From Chiloscyllium plagiosum (lineage: Eukaryota), in the NCBI RefSeq assembly GCF_004010195.1, contig NC_057749.1, positions 12,882,846 to 12,946,845 of the forward strand: a DNA stretch of 64,000 nucleotides. The letters run 5' to 3'. Each line of letters opens with the position of its first letter. Position 1 is the first letter of the stretch. A model generated the notes under the pieces. That model was not told the DNA's origin, searched no databases, and was given only the letters and a program-made list of their open reading frames with translations. The position numbers were made by a program, and so were the translations under genes. Shown in pieces: positions 36,981-49,740 of this stretch.

Positions 36981-37833
36981 AGGTTGCTTTTCAGGTTGGA
37001 GGCCTGTGACCATTCATGTGCCACAAGGATTAGTGCTGGGTCCACTGCTTTCTGTCATTTATATAAATGATTTGAATGTGAACATAGCAGATATGGTTAG
37101 TAAGTTTGCAGATGACAACAAAATTGGTGGTGTAGTGGACAGAGAAGGTTACCTCAGAGTACAACAGGATCCTGATCAAATGAAGTTTATATTAGAGAAA
37201 TACAAGGTGCTGCATTTTGGAAAGGCAAATCAGAGCAGGACTTATACACTAAATAGTAAGGTCCTGGGGGCTGTTGCAGAACAAAGAGACCTTGGAGTGC
37301 AGGTTCATAGTTCCTTGAAAATGGAGTCCCAGGTCGATAGGATAGTGAAGAAGGCATTTGGATTGCTTGCTTTTATTGGTCAGAGCATTGAGTATAGAGT
37401 TGAGAGGTCATGTTGCAGCTGAACATTGGTTATGGCAATATTTGGAATACTACATGCAATTCTGGTCTCCCTGCTATAGGAAAGATGTTATGAAACTTGA
37501 AATGGTTCAGAAAAGATTTACAAGGATGTTGCCAGGGTTGGAGGGTTTTAGTTATAGGGAGAGGCTGAATAGGCAGGGGCGATTTCCCCTGAAGCGTCAG
37601 AGGCTGAGGGGTGACCTTATAGAGGCTTATATCATGAGGAGCATAGGAAGGGTGAATAGACAAGGTCTTTTCCACGGGTTGGGGTGAGTCCAAAACTAGA
37701 GTGCAAAGATTTAATCTGAGAGGGGAAAGATTTAACAGGGACCCAAGGGGCAAAATTTTCCCACAGAGAGTGGTACATGGAATGAGCTGTCAGAGGAGTT
37801 GGTGCAGGTTGGTACAATTACAACATTTAAAAG
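36981..37833 (+). mobile_element. CR1 LINE RT/3' fragment
   Basis: VPQGLVLGPLLSVIYINDL, KFADDNK, RDLGVQVHSSLK, QRLRGDLIEAY. Confidence 0.9.
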
Positions 37834-37842
37834 GTATGATTT

Positions 37843-40160
37843 GGAGATGCTGGTGTTGGACTGGGGTGTACAAAGTTAAAAATGACACAAAACCAGGTTA
37901 TAGTCCAATAGGTTTATTTGGAAACACTAGCTTTTGAAGCGCTGCTCCTTCATTGGGTGATTGTGGAGAATAAGATTATCAGACACAGAATTTATAGCAA
38001 AAGACATTGGAAAAGACCTGGATTGTTAAGTTTCCCATCTTTTAGAATGAACATGTTGGTTTCAGTTCTTTAAAAAAGTTCTGCGATTTGCATATGAAAC
38101 TTACATTCTCAAGTGAACTTTAACAATTGGTGTCATGTTGGCCCAGATAATGTATTGAAGTTGTAAGGTGGCCTGCATGAGACTGTCTGTGTCACAATAT
38201 TCAGATTGATTCTAATCTAATAAACGGATTTACAGAAGCTTACATAGATTCATGCAATGTTTGAGCAAAATATAATGTAATTCTGCAAGTACAAATTCAC
38301 CCCAGACACTTATATGTGCGTGTGTGAGTGGGTTTGGGGTTATGAGTGTCTGTACGTGTGTAAGTGTGAATGTAGAGGGGTATAAGTCTGAGAGAGAGTG
38401 CGTGTGCACCTGTGATTGTGGGAGTGTATGTATGAGCGCATGAGAGAAAGCTTGTGTGTGAGACAGTGTATGTGTCTGTAGGGGTGTGTGTGTGTAGGAG
38501 TGTTTGTGTCTGTGTGAGTGTGAGTGTTGGCAATGGGGTCACCTGCAGTGTGACATGAACCCAAGGTCCCGGTTGAGGCCATCCCCATGGGTACCGAACT
38601 TGCCTATCAGCCTCTGCTCAGCCACTTTGCATGTTGCCTGTCCCAAAGTCCGCCTTGGAGGATGGTTACTTGAAGGTCCAAGGTCGAATGTCCTACCCAC
38701 TTAAGTGTTCTCCGACTGCGGTGTCCATTCATCTGTTGCCGTAGCCTTTGCTCGGTCTCGCCAATGTACCATGCCTCAGAGCATCCTTGCCTGCAGCGTA
38801 TGAGATAGACAATGTTGGCCAAGTCACATGAGTACCTGCCACGTACACGGTGGGAGGTGTCCCCATGCGTAATGGTGGTATCCATGTCGACACTGACACA
38901 TCTTGCAGCATCTACTGTGACAAGGTTGTATGGTATCGTCCTGAAAGCCAGGCAATTTGCTATGAACAATGATCTATTTGAGGTTGGCGGTTCTTTAAAA
39001 AGGTGAGAAGTGAAGGCGTGGGGAAGGTCTTGGTGAGATGCTCTTCCTCACTGATAATGTGTTTTGGCTGCGAAGAAGATGATGTAGTTTTTCGGCTCTT
39101 GGGAAGTGCTGGACAACATAGGGTACCCTGGGGCAGCATGGTAGCTCAGTGGTTAGCACTGCTGCCTCACAGCACCAGGGTCCCAGGTTCGATTCCAGAC
39201 TCGGGTGACTGTATGTGTGGAGTTTGCACATTCTCCCGATGTCTGCGTGGGTTTCCTCCGGGTGCTCCGGTTTCCTCCCACAATTCAAAGATGTGCAGGT
39301 CAGGTGAACTGATCATGCTAAATAGTCAGAGGAAATGGGTCTGGGTGGGTTACTCTTCGGAGGGTTAGTGTGGACTGGTTGGGCCGAAGGCCCTGTTTCC
39401 ACACTGTAGGGAATCTAACCTAATCTGTCGGTTGCAGCCTGTGTCTGTCTCCTGAGGATGTCATTACGGTTCCTTGCTGTGGCATGTTGGAACTGGCAGT
39501 CGATGAGTTGAGCATCGTACCCCGTTCTTATGAGAGCATCCTTGAGTACTTCCAAGTGCCTGTCACGTTCCTGCTCATCTGAACAGATCTTGTGTATGCG
39601 TAGAGCTTGTCCATAGGGAATAGCCATCTTAATATGTTTCAGGTGGAAGCTGGAGAAATGTAGCATTGTGAAGTTATCTGTTTGCGGTAGAGAGAAGAAT
39701 GAAACAGACAGTAGAAGTTCAATCAAGACTTCTTCTCTACGCAGGACCTCCAACCAACACTATACACAAGATACATTGGCGATATTTTCTTCCTCTTGAC
39801 TCATGGCAAAGTATCACTGAATATCAATGGGTTTCATCCACCATCAAACTCACCATGGACTACTCTGTAATATCTGTCTCATTCTTGGACACATGCATCT
39901 CCATCAAGGATGGGCACCTCAGCACCTCACTGTACCGCAAACCCACGGATTACCTTACGATGCTACACTTCTCCAGCTTCCGCACAAAACATATTAAAAC
40001 AGCCATCCCCTATGGAAGAGCCTACGCATACACAGGATCTGTTCAGATGAGGAGGAACATGACAGGCACCTGGAAGTACTCAAGGATGCCCTCATAAGAA
40101 TGGGGTACGATGCTCAACTCATCAACCGCCAGTTCTGACGTGCCACAGCGAGAAACCGTC
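37843..40160 (-). mobile_element. Second Penelope-like family with SINE insertion and inverted duplicated segment
   Basis: Minus-strand GIY-YIG (RYSCDLANIVYLIRCRQGCSEAWYIGETEQRLRQQMNGHR) and RT thumb (HIKMAIPYGQALRIHKICSDE). Plus-strand inverted copy at ~39745-40160 (VSFLDTCISIKDGHLSTSLYRKPTD). GT-rich tract 38310-38525. Confidence 0.85.
39129..39425 (+). mobile_element. HE1/V-SINE-type SINE inserted in Penelope element
   Basis: GGGGCAGCATGGTAGCTCAGTGGTTAGCACTGCTGCCTCACAGC, GGTTCGATTCC, and an aatct-repeat tail. Confidence 0.88.
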
Positions 40161-40959
40161 ACTTCATTACATTTCATCACTGTTTATATTTAAGGTACAT
40201 ATTTATATTTACATTGAATCATAATCTTGTAGCTAGGCATTCTAACTCCATTTTATAATCTACAAAATTCTAAATTCCAAGAAATGACTTGCTGGTCAAG
40301 GCATTTGGATTGGAGAGGTTTTATAGTACTTGTAAGTATACTTCTATTATCCTTTCAGTTAGTGAATGTTAAGGATGTGTTAGTAGTATTTCTGTGCTTT
40401 CATCTTCTTTCTCCTTCATTAGGTAATTATTCTACACTTGTATTTTCTTACAACAGTTGACCGAGTGTCAAAATACTTCGTAGGCAATTTTGAATGATCT
40501 GAAGGCATTTCTGTCTTATGCAATTTAAGAATTTAATTACTTTATACATATATTCACTAATTCATAAATAATTAAAAACAATTACATTTTCAAAACAAAA
40601 TAAAGTAACTGAGCTAGATTTACCCCAAAAGTTGCACTCAATTGGAACCTTGTCTTTCCCTAAGGGCAAACATTGTCAAGCATGAAATTTACAAAAAACA
40701 TTTCTAAAGATGGAAAGCCAACATTCGCTGACTATCTTTATTTGTCCAGACTGTATGACTTGATAATATAAAGTGGAGTGTTAAAAGCCAACGCTGTTGG
40801 CCTGAAATTACCAAAAGATTTTTAAGGATTGAAGATGTCATTTCTTCAAGGGTATTAGTGAACCTGAATATTTTTAAACAACAATCTGGTAGCTTCACAG
40901 CCAATTTTACTGCATTTTCCAGTTTTGAGTCAGCAAATACAAAAATAATAATTAAGACA

Positions 40960-41445
40960 GGAGTAATTCAGGCAATTCAGCCCCTCAGGCCTCCTTCACC
41001 GCTTAATACAATCATGGCTGATCTCATCTCGGCCTCAACTCCACTTTCCTGCCCACTCTCTATAACCCGCAAACCCATTATTAATTAAAAATCTTTCTAT
41101 CTCCCACATAAACTTATTCAATGTCCCAACCTCAATCACACTGAGGGAGTGAATTCCAGATTAGGTCACTTTGAGAGTAATACTTTTTCCTTATCTGTAT
41201 TAGATCTACTACCCTTTATCCTAAAACTATGATCTGTCATTCTAGATTCCCCCACAAGGAAACATCCTCTCTACATCTCTTTATCAATCATCCTTTAACA
41301 TTGTTTCATCTCAATCAGATCTCCTCTCATCTTCTAAACTGCAGAGTGTAGGCCTAAACTGCTCAATCTCTCTTCATTGCACAAATATCCTCTGAATTGC
41401 AACTACATCCCTCATCAAAAAAAAGGGGACTAAAATTGTACACTA
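40960..41445 (-). mobile_element. Degraded CR1 3' end
   Basis: ggcaattcagcccctcagg...atcatggctgatct...gaattccaga...ggcctaaactgctcaatctctcttca. Confidence 0.65.
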
Positions 41446-41664
41446 ATTTAAACTCTCAAATTGTGATGGGAAGATATAAAACTTTCTGTACCATTAGCCC
41501 AGAACAGACAGTATCATTAAAAAAATGTACAATACCTTGGGGATTGATTAGTTTATTTAATTGAGCACAAGTCAATGCAAATGGAATTTCGAATGAGGCC
41601 ACATTACTTTAAATGTTTATAAAGTAAATTAATGTCATCAAAATACAGACGAATGAGGGCTAAG

Positions 41665-41885
41665 GACGGTGGGGGTGGCAAGCACAGCTACCTGACAGCA
41701 CCAGGGACCCAGGTTCGATTCCACCTTCGGGCGACTGTCTGTGAAGAGTTTGCACATTCTCCCCGTGTCTGTGAAGGGTGTCCGCCCACAGTCCGAAGGG
41801 ATGTAGTTGAGGTGGATTGGTTTAGGGATAGGGTGGGACATTCTTCAGAGGGTCGGTGTTGATGGGCTGAGTGGCCTGCTTCCAT
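41665..41885 (+). mobile_element. Degraded HE1-type SINE
   Basis: cagcaccagggacccaggttcgattccacc...gagtttgcacattctccccgtgtctg...gatgggctgagtggcctgcttcc. Confidence 0.75.
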
Positions 41886-42082
41886 GGTCTATGGTGTGAA
41901 AGGTATTTTTTTGGACTGTATGCATTATTTGATGTGAATAAGGTGGTAATGATGACTAAATCTATATTTTAAAGACATTTCCATCTCAGGGGTTTTTGAA
42001 GATAACAATTTACCTCAGGAGGCGGTGACATCGAGAATATTCTGAGGGCGTTACGTAAACCAACCCTTCCAATCAACCGCCA

Positions 42083-42280
42083 GGGGAACAATAAAGTCTT
42101 GTTGCTGAGGGGCAGGGAACAATAAAGTCTTGTTGCTGAGGGGCGGGGAACAATAAAGTCTTGTTGCTGAGGGGCGGGGAACAATAAAGTCTTGTTGTTC
42201 AGTGGTGGAGAACAATAAAGACACGGACGTTGAGGGGCGGGGCCTCTAGCCCGCTGTGGGAGTAATAAAGTTTTGTTGTG
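42083..42280 (+). promoter_or_regulatory. SNX1: SNX1 proximal promoter: 31-bp tandem array with GC boxes
   Basis: AACAATAAAG recurs at 42087, 42118, 42149, 42180 and 42211; unit GGGGAACAATAAAGTCTTGTTGCTGAGGGGC; GGGGCGGGG boxes; CAAGATGGCGGC (YY1-like) overlaps the ATG. Confidence 0.8.
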
Positions 42281-42295
42281 GTTGTCAGGTACAAG

Positions 42296-42382
42296 ATGGC
42301 GGCGGAGCTACGGCCGCCTCTGATTCTCGATCCTGAGTCTGAGGGAGACAGCGCCGAGGGGGAGGACATCTTCACCGGCAGC
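42296..42382 (+). CDS. SNX1: Sorting nexin 1, exon 1
   Basis: MAAELRPPLILDPESEGDSAEGEDIFTGS then GTGAGT donor; EGEDIFTG matches the SNX1 N-terminus; CpG-rich. Confidence 0.88.
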
Positions 42383-45300
42383 GTGAGTCTGTTAGGCCGC
42401 CGTGAGCTTTCCCCTGAGCGGGGAGGAAGGAACGAGGTCCCTGCGGTTTGGGGAAACAGGAATAGGCTGTGGGCTTGAAGTGGGGGCAAGGAATGCGGTT
42501 TGAGAGTGGAGTGAACGAAAGAATGGAGAAGTTCTCTGGTCTTGGGGTAGTGGTGAACAAGCCCCTTGTATTGGGGCAAGTGAGGAGTGGAGGGTGTTTG
42601 CAAACTCCCTGAGGTAAAGGGCTGTTGGAGTGTGTGGGTTGTCAGTTGCAATTGTCAGTATGTTGTGACTGTCACTCCAAAGGAAAGTTTGATCTGGTCT
42701 TCACCACCAAATTCGGGGACTCTCTGTTCCCCAGAGCTTTACATTGCTGTTGCTTTGCACAGGGAAGCAATAAATGCCATTGGGGAAATATGCAACTAAA
42801 GGCTGCAATTTGGTCCATGAAGTTTTCCTGTGAAACAAACCAATTGGAACTATTTTCCCCTGTTCTATCCCTGAACTGCTGAAAGTTTGTCACTTGTCTA
42901 TCTGATTTTGTTTTGGAATAATTCATTGCCTCTGCTTCCAACTCTATGCTATCCTCATAACTCTACACCATAGATAATCAGTTTGTCAATCTCTACTTGA
43001 AATAATTTTGAAGTGTGGAAAACTCCAAAGTTTCTCAACTCTTCCATTCAAAAAAAATCTTATCTTGGTCTTAAATGACATTGCCCTTATTTTTAAGTTG
43101 TGCCCTATGGTTATAGACCCTCAAACTAGGGGAAACGTCTTGTCTATGTCTACCCTGTCTCTTTAAGTATTTTGTAGGTTTCAGTTAGATTGTCCCTCCT
43201 TCAAAACTGTAGAGAATACAGGACCTGTTTACCCTGTCACTCTGTCCGTACCTGTTTTACCTGCATAGTCTTCAATGCCTTATTGAGAAGGCCACACAAG
43301 TTCCTTTGCCCATCTACACTTTTCAACCACTCATCACTTAACAAAATAGTTGGTCCAACACATTGGTCCTTTGGGACAAACTTGTTCTGTTGATTTGTTT
43401 TTTGCATTGCATGTGACTCTTAGCACCATTGATCAGACAAGTGTCAGGGATTGCTCACTGGGATCTGTATAAAGTCATATAATACCACTCCATGCTCCAT
43501 GTATGTTTGATATTGTTGTTCATGGCTTTATAGCTTACCTGCTGCTGTATTACTTGAACATTGCCTTGTCTTTTGTCAAGCCCAGGTGTGCTTAGGCCAG
43601 GTTCATCCTCTGGTGCAAACCTTTGCCAATAGCCAGGTACTTGTGCAGGTGACACCTCAATGCGTTTTGGTTGTGAAATTTACAAATTTGGACTTGCATA
43701 AGTGGAATGACATCTCCAACCTTCCTGGCAAGTTCTCTTAAAAACAAATGCAAAATATTCACACTTCAGTCAGACTACACTTTTGGCCAAATTGTTACTT
43801 TCCACATACTGTTTTTCCACATACTCTCTTTTCCTTCCTCAATCTGTTGGCACCCATTAGCTATCTAAAGCAACCCTGTAAAATCCTTGGTCTTTGTGCC
43901 TTAACCCACTCGAGCTTCTATTGTTTCAACTTTTTAAAAATCAACACCCAAGGTTTTATCTTCTGAGTCTGCATGTTGCCTTCCCCCAGTCCCTTTCTGA
44001 AAGAAACCAGGACCTATTAAAGCCACAGCATCATTACGTTCTCCATTTTCTTCAAATGTTGATTTGAAATGAGCCTTGAATTTGGAGAAGTAAATGATGC
44101 ACTCCTCTTTCAGCTTCTGCACTTCAATAATTTACAAATAATTTTTTTTGTTTCTTGTTCTCTTAAACAGTTCCTGCACTTGTCAGCCATGGTTGAATTT
44201 GTTTTTGTTCCACAATCAAACAATGTAAATTTAAAATGGTATCTATTGGGTACTATAGCAATACATTTTAAAGGGACAGTAAATTAATCCACAATAATTC
44301 TTCAAAGACATTCCAAAGCCTCTGCAGTCATACTTTTTGATGTGCTTTCCCAATCCAGCTCAACCAACTTGTCTCGTGCCTTCATAATCTTCCTCGTTCA
44401 AATGCAACACCTTTGCTTTAAATTGAACTACCTCACTTTCAAACTAAATGTAATATTCTATCATGCTGTCACTCATCCCTAAAGGTTTTTTACAATTATC
44501 CCTTTTGCATTTGTATAATGCTGGATTCAAAATAACCTGTCCTCTAGTTAGCGTTTCATAATGTCTTTCTAGAAAGCCATCATTAAGACACTTGAGAAAC
44601 TTGTCCTTCACAGTTTTTGTGCTCACTTGATTTTCCTGGTCTCTGTCAAATTAGGCACAATGTCTCGTTTATTTGTGTGCATGGTTTTTAAATGGTTATC
44701 AAAAGGATGGCACCTGACTGAGCAATCATTACAAACAATGAATCTTTGAGTAGTCATCATTGAAAGCTTCTATGATGCATAGGACCTTTCAACTTCAGGG
44801 AATCATAAAGCATTCTTAGAGGGGAGAAAGAAGTAATATTAGCAAGGGAGAGATCCAGACATTTGACTCAGCGACCTTTACAAACAAAAGTAGTCATCAT
44901 AGAAAGGTTAAAGCTCAACATCTGTTTAGTTGCTGGTCATGCAGTCTTATTCTGAATGTTATCTGCAGAGTAGCAATTGATATTGATAAGGGGAGATGAT
45001 GGCCTAACGTTATTATTGTTGGACTGTTAATCTAGAAACCCAGGATTATCTAAAATTCCTGCGTTGCACGTGCTACGAACTTCTCTCATCTCCTGATTTG
45101 TATTATGTATTACATTACCACTACTATTTGGTAACCTATCAATGACTCCGCCAGTATGTACTAACCTTTGCTATTTTCTTGCTTTCCACCCAAACTGATT
45201 CACTTACTAATATACTGATCCTATTTTGTATCATCAGTACAACTCCAGTTCTTCTGTCCTTCCTAAATTTCAGATATCTGAAATATTCAGTTCCTCGTAT

Positions 45301-45799
45301 TGGTTGTCACGCAGCAATGTTTCTGGAATGGCAATTATATCACAATCACTTGCCTTGTTTGTGCTTTTATATTTCTGTCTTGTTGGAAATGCCGTGAGCA
45401 TTTGAATAAAGTGGAATATACCTGAAATTGTCTTCCAGGTGACCATGAAGAAAGATTAAAGTGGTTAAGGAATATCTGTGTGACAACCTGGGACTTGACG
45501 TTGTCTTTTTCAAATAATTGTGTTTGGGATATACTCGATTCTTGGCTTTTTTTTTCTCCTCTCTTTGAGTTTCTCTCATGGCATTTCTACTTGATCAGTT
45601 TAACTCTGACTCTTCAGACATTTTTTTGAACCAAATTATATAGATTGTCAGTCATCAATAGCTGGTGGATTTCCAAAATTCTGGAACAAATGAATTTTGC
45701 ATTTTGTTCCAATTTCTTTCACTGTTCTTCCTTCAGTTTGTCACAAGGTGAACACTTAAGATTTTAAATTTAAAAAAAAATAATTTGTTCATGAAATGA

Positions 45800-46115
45800 G
45801 GCTGTCATTGGCTAGGCCAACATTTTGTACACAACTATCCCCTGGGCAATTAAGGATAAGTGTCAACCATGTTGTGGGTCTGGAGCCAGATGTAAGCCAG
45901 ATCAGGTAAGGACGTCGGTTTCCTTCCCTAAAGGACGTTAGTGAATCAGATGGGCTTTTCTGACAGCAAGTTCATTAGACTCTTAATTCTAGATTTTTAT
46001 TGAATTCAAATTCCACCATCTGCCATGGTGGGATTCAAACCCAGGTCTCCAGAACATTTCCTAGGTCTCTGGATTAACTATCCCAACGATAAAACCACTA
46101 GGCTGTCCCCTCCCC
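45800..46115 (-). mobile_element. Second tRNA-headed SINE family (related pieces at ~4850-4940, ~44990-45050, ~63830-63990)
   Basis: Minus strand reads GGGGACAGCCTAGTGG...GGGTTTGAATCCCACCATGGCAGATGGTGGAATTTGAATTCAATAAA; the plus-strand copy near 63860 has caaatcccattttggcagatggtgaaatttgaatgcaataaa. Confidence 0.6.
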
Positions 46116-46236
46116 TTAACAATATCTATTGCTACTCTGCAGATAGCTTTCAGGATAAGAGTGCATGATCAACAACTAACTGAATAGTTGTTGAATTTGA
46201 AGTTTTCAATGATGACTACGCACTGTGCCACCGTGT

Positions 46237-46425
46237 GGGCGGCACGGTGGCACAGTGGTTAGCACTGCTGCCTCGCAGCGCCAGAGACACTGGTTCAATT
46301 CCCGACTCAGGCGAGGTAAATGTAGGGGTATGGGTGGGTTTCGCTTCGGCGGGTCGGTGTGGACTTGTTGGGCCGACGGGCCTGTTTCCACACTGTAATC
46401 TAATCTAATCTAATCTAAAAAAAAA
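46237..46425 (+). mobile_element. Internally deleted HE1-type SINE with inverted copy of its head upstream
   Basis: GGGCGGCACGGTGGCACAGTGGTTAGC head, central region missing, (TAATC)4 tail. Confidence 0.85.
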
Positions 46426-49204
46426 TCAAAGATCGCTGGGTCAAAATTCTGGAACTCTGCCTTGTGTGTAGCCCTACATTCCAAGGAGAGCTCACCGTAC
46501 GTTCTCCACGACTACTGGTGATGGACAATAATTGCTGGCCCAACCAGTGGCACCCACAGCCAATGAACACTTTTTTTAATGAATGTTTTATGATTCCCCT
46601 AAATTAAAAGGTTTTGTATATCATTCCAGCCCAGGTACCATCCTTTTGATATGGCATTTAAACTGCACACAAATAAACGATAGACGTAGTGTCTAATTTC
46701 ATAAGAATCCAGTTTCCTTACTATATCCCTCTTCCCCCAATTCCTGCTGGTTCTAGTCATTCAGGTACTGATTAAAAATCACAAGGCGTTACTTCAAAGG
46801 GATATGAATAGTAAGGGTTTGGAGGGATATGGGTCCAATGCTGGCAAATGGGACTGGATCAGATTGGGATGTCTGGTCAATGCGGACAAGTTGGACCATA
46901 GGGTCTGTCTCTGAGGGGTGTAACTCTGACTCCTCTGTGAACCTTAGCCAGAAGCCATTTCTGTGCCATTTCTATTTCCTTTCTGGTTGATTTCAGCAGC
47001 CCCTGTCAGGAAAATGACCAGTGGTGAAACATCCACTCAGTTTGTGACAAGATTACAGTGGATGTTTCTAAACTTGTGGAAATAAGATGTCTGCCAACAA
47101 TTTGTATAGTGGAGGTGACCTGTGACCTTTCTTCCTTGCCATTGCTGATTTTAAGTGGCATTTCTGTTCAGCTGTTGATCCATGGTGATATCTTGGCAGT
47201 AAAGGCAATGATATGAAGGGAGGGATTCCCATGTTTCTGCTGCCCTTCTCTTCTAGATGGAAGTGGTCCTGGATTTGGAAGGTGCTGTCTAAGGAGCCTT
47301 GGGAATTTCTGCAGTGCTTTTGTATATGGTACACACTGCAGCTACTGAGTGGTGGTGGAGGAGGGATGGGGATATTTGTGGATGTGACACAAATCAAAAG
47401 GCTATCTTGTCCTGGATAGTGTCAAGCTTCTTGTGATGTTGGAGCAGCACCCATCCAGTGAAGTGGGGATTATTCCATAGATGGTGGATAGGCTTTGGGA
47501 GTTCGGGGAGTCACTCACTGCAATATTCCTAGCCACTGTTTGTGGACAGTCCAGTTGAGTTTCTGGTCAATGATATCCCCTAAGATGTTGATAACAGAGG
47601 ATTCCGTAATGGTTAACACCATTGAATGGTCAAGGGACAGTCGTTAGGTTATTTCTTATTGGTGATTGTCATTGTCTGTCATTTGTGTGGTATGGATGTT
47701 ACTTGCCGCTTATATCTTACAGGATCCAGCTGCTGAATGTAAGCAAGATATTTGAACTTGAACAAGAGATCACTCATTCAGATTTAAATTCAATTCCTGT
47801 GTAATAATGCAGATGCTGATCTTAGATTTGTAATGTTGTTAACAAAGAATCACAAAATTGGGAAGAACTATCATTGAACATGAGAATGTTAATGAAGTTG
47901 GCTGCACCCATAAGTTTAATTGTCCATCAGCTGGTCTGTATGGTGGTTCCTCAGTTTCATCATTTGTGATGAATTGGAGTGGAGCGAAGTGGGCAGATGG
48001 GTGGGAATCGGAACAAGACTTCCTTGTCTTTGCTGTTGTGCCAGAAGACCTCAGGCTCTGGAGTTCATGTTGAGGGTTCCCAGGACCATTCGTTCCTGAC
48101 TACATACTATTTTCAACTATGAAACAACAAAACAAGCAAAGGTGAAAGGGATTAAAAAATCCTTGCCATGCATTGTCTCTACCCCACACATTGTCTCTAC
48201 CCCACACATTCTAAAGTTAATCAGCATGTTCAATATTTCTTTTTTTTTTTCATAGAACTGTGTGCAGGTTTATGGGGTGAATGCAGATAAATGTAATTCC
48301 TCTACTGTACAAGGAAGTGAATTTATCAGCCACAAAGATGGATTTTGTTCCCATCCTACATCCTCTTTGATTATAGCCCAACGTCCTGTACTGATGGTGA
48401 CCTCCTGTGCTACAGCTACACTTTTTTTTTTCTTGACAAATCTGTCCCTACTTTGAGCTGATCTGTTTGTATCCACACTGCACATTTCCCATGGTGGGAT
48501 TTGTATGAATTATGGTACAAGTTTTGGTTTACATCAAACTCTACAGTAGACCAGATTTCAGAGCTTGGGTGTGTCTAGTAAAGTGGAGGAGGAATCATGC
48601 TAGTCAGAGCCTGCTGTTGCATGCAATCATTTAGGTAGGTCTCATTTTGGAGGTTTGGCTTAACAGGATTTGAATCAAACTACTCTAGTCTTGAAATTTA
48701 ACCATAGTTGCTGGGATCCCAGTCTTGCTAATGCTAGAGTTGTACTATGTACTTGGTTCCTTGGGAGATTGGTCCCTTCTTATGTTATTATACTTTAAAT
48801 GATTGTAAGAACATCTTTGTAACAGGAATCTTGACTTGCACTTCTTTTAAAGTAAGTTGGCAACTGGAAGTTGCTCCTGTGCTGAAGGGCCTCAACACGA
48901 AGGCAGAAGGGGTTTTATTGTGTTCTACAGTGTTCAAATCATGTTAGACAGCCAGATGTTTTTGGTTTTACTTGTACTGAAAGTAGCTGAATCATCACGT
49001 GATGTAGAGGAAGCAGTTGTGAGTAATATTTTATAGTTGACTACTTTTAAAAATCCTGTTCCTTTGCTGGAGTCAGTTACAAGTGCAATAGCCACATTCT
49101 TAAATTACTCGTCATCTTTTTAACTTGTGAACAGTTTGTTGACTGAGCCCATGGTAGGTTTCATAGAAGATCAAATCATGTCTTCAATTCTGATCACCCT
49201 TCAA

Positions 49205-49740
49205 ACTGTGTCCCACAGGGATTGATACTAGGACCGCAACTATTTACAATATGTATATTAATGACTTAGAGGAGAGAAACGCATGTACTACAGCCACATT
49301 GTCAGATGACACAATTGAGTGGAAAGGCGGGTTGCAAGAGGGATACTGAGTTTACAGGACAATATTAATATTTGGCAAAAAGTTAACAAATTGAGTATAA
49401 TGTGGGAAAATTGTGAAATTGTTCATTTTGAAATGAAGAATGCAATAACATATTTAAATGGAAAAAACTTGCAGAAAGTTGCAACGCAAGGACTTGGGGA
49501 TACTTGTGTACAAAAAGTAGAAAGCTAGCACACAGTGCAGCAGGTAATCAGGAAGGGTCATGGGTTGTTGGCCCTTATTCCAACCCTTTGGAATATAAGT
49601 ACAGCTGGAGTACTGAGACCGGTTTTGGGCCCCTCATTTAAGGAAAGGTATTTCACTGGAGGAACTTTGGAGAAGGTTCACAAGGATGATTCCTGGTATG
49701 GAGGGATTGTCTTGTGAGAAAAAGCTAAACAGGTTGAATG
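49205..49740 (+). mobile_element. Degraded CR1 RT fragment
   Basis: gtcccacagggattgatactaggaccgcaactatttacaat...aatgacttaga...cagatgacac (PQG.LGP.LF, IND, DD motifs). Confidence 0.65.

Noticed and set aside
42083..42240. CRISPR-like array
   Set aside because: Contiguous tandem units without unique spacers, in eukaryotic DNA with no cas genes.
42278..42295. Upstream GTG start extending SNX1 (MVVRYK...)
   Set aside because: The ORF track uses a non-ATG start; the ATG at 42296 has good Kozak context (AAGATGG).
48171..48210. Exact 18-bp tandem duplication CATTGTCTCTACCCCACA
   Set aside because: Simple local slippage in an intron with no further structure.
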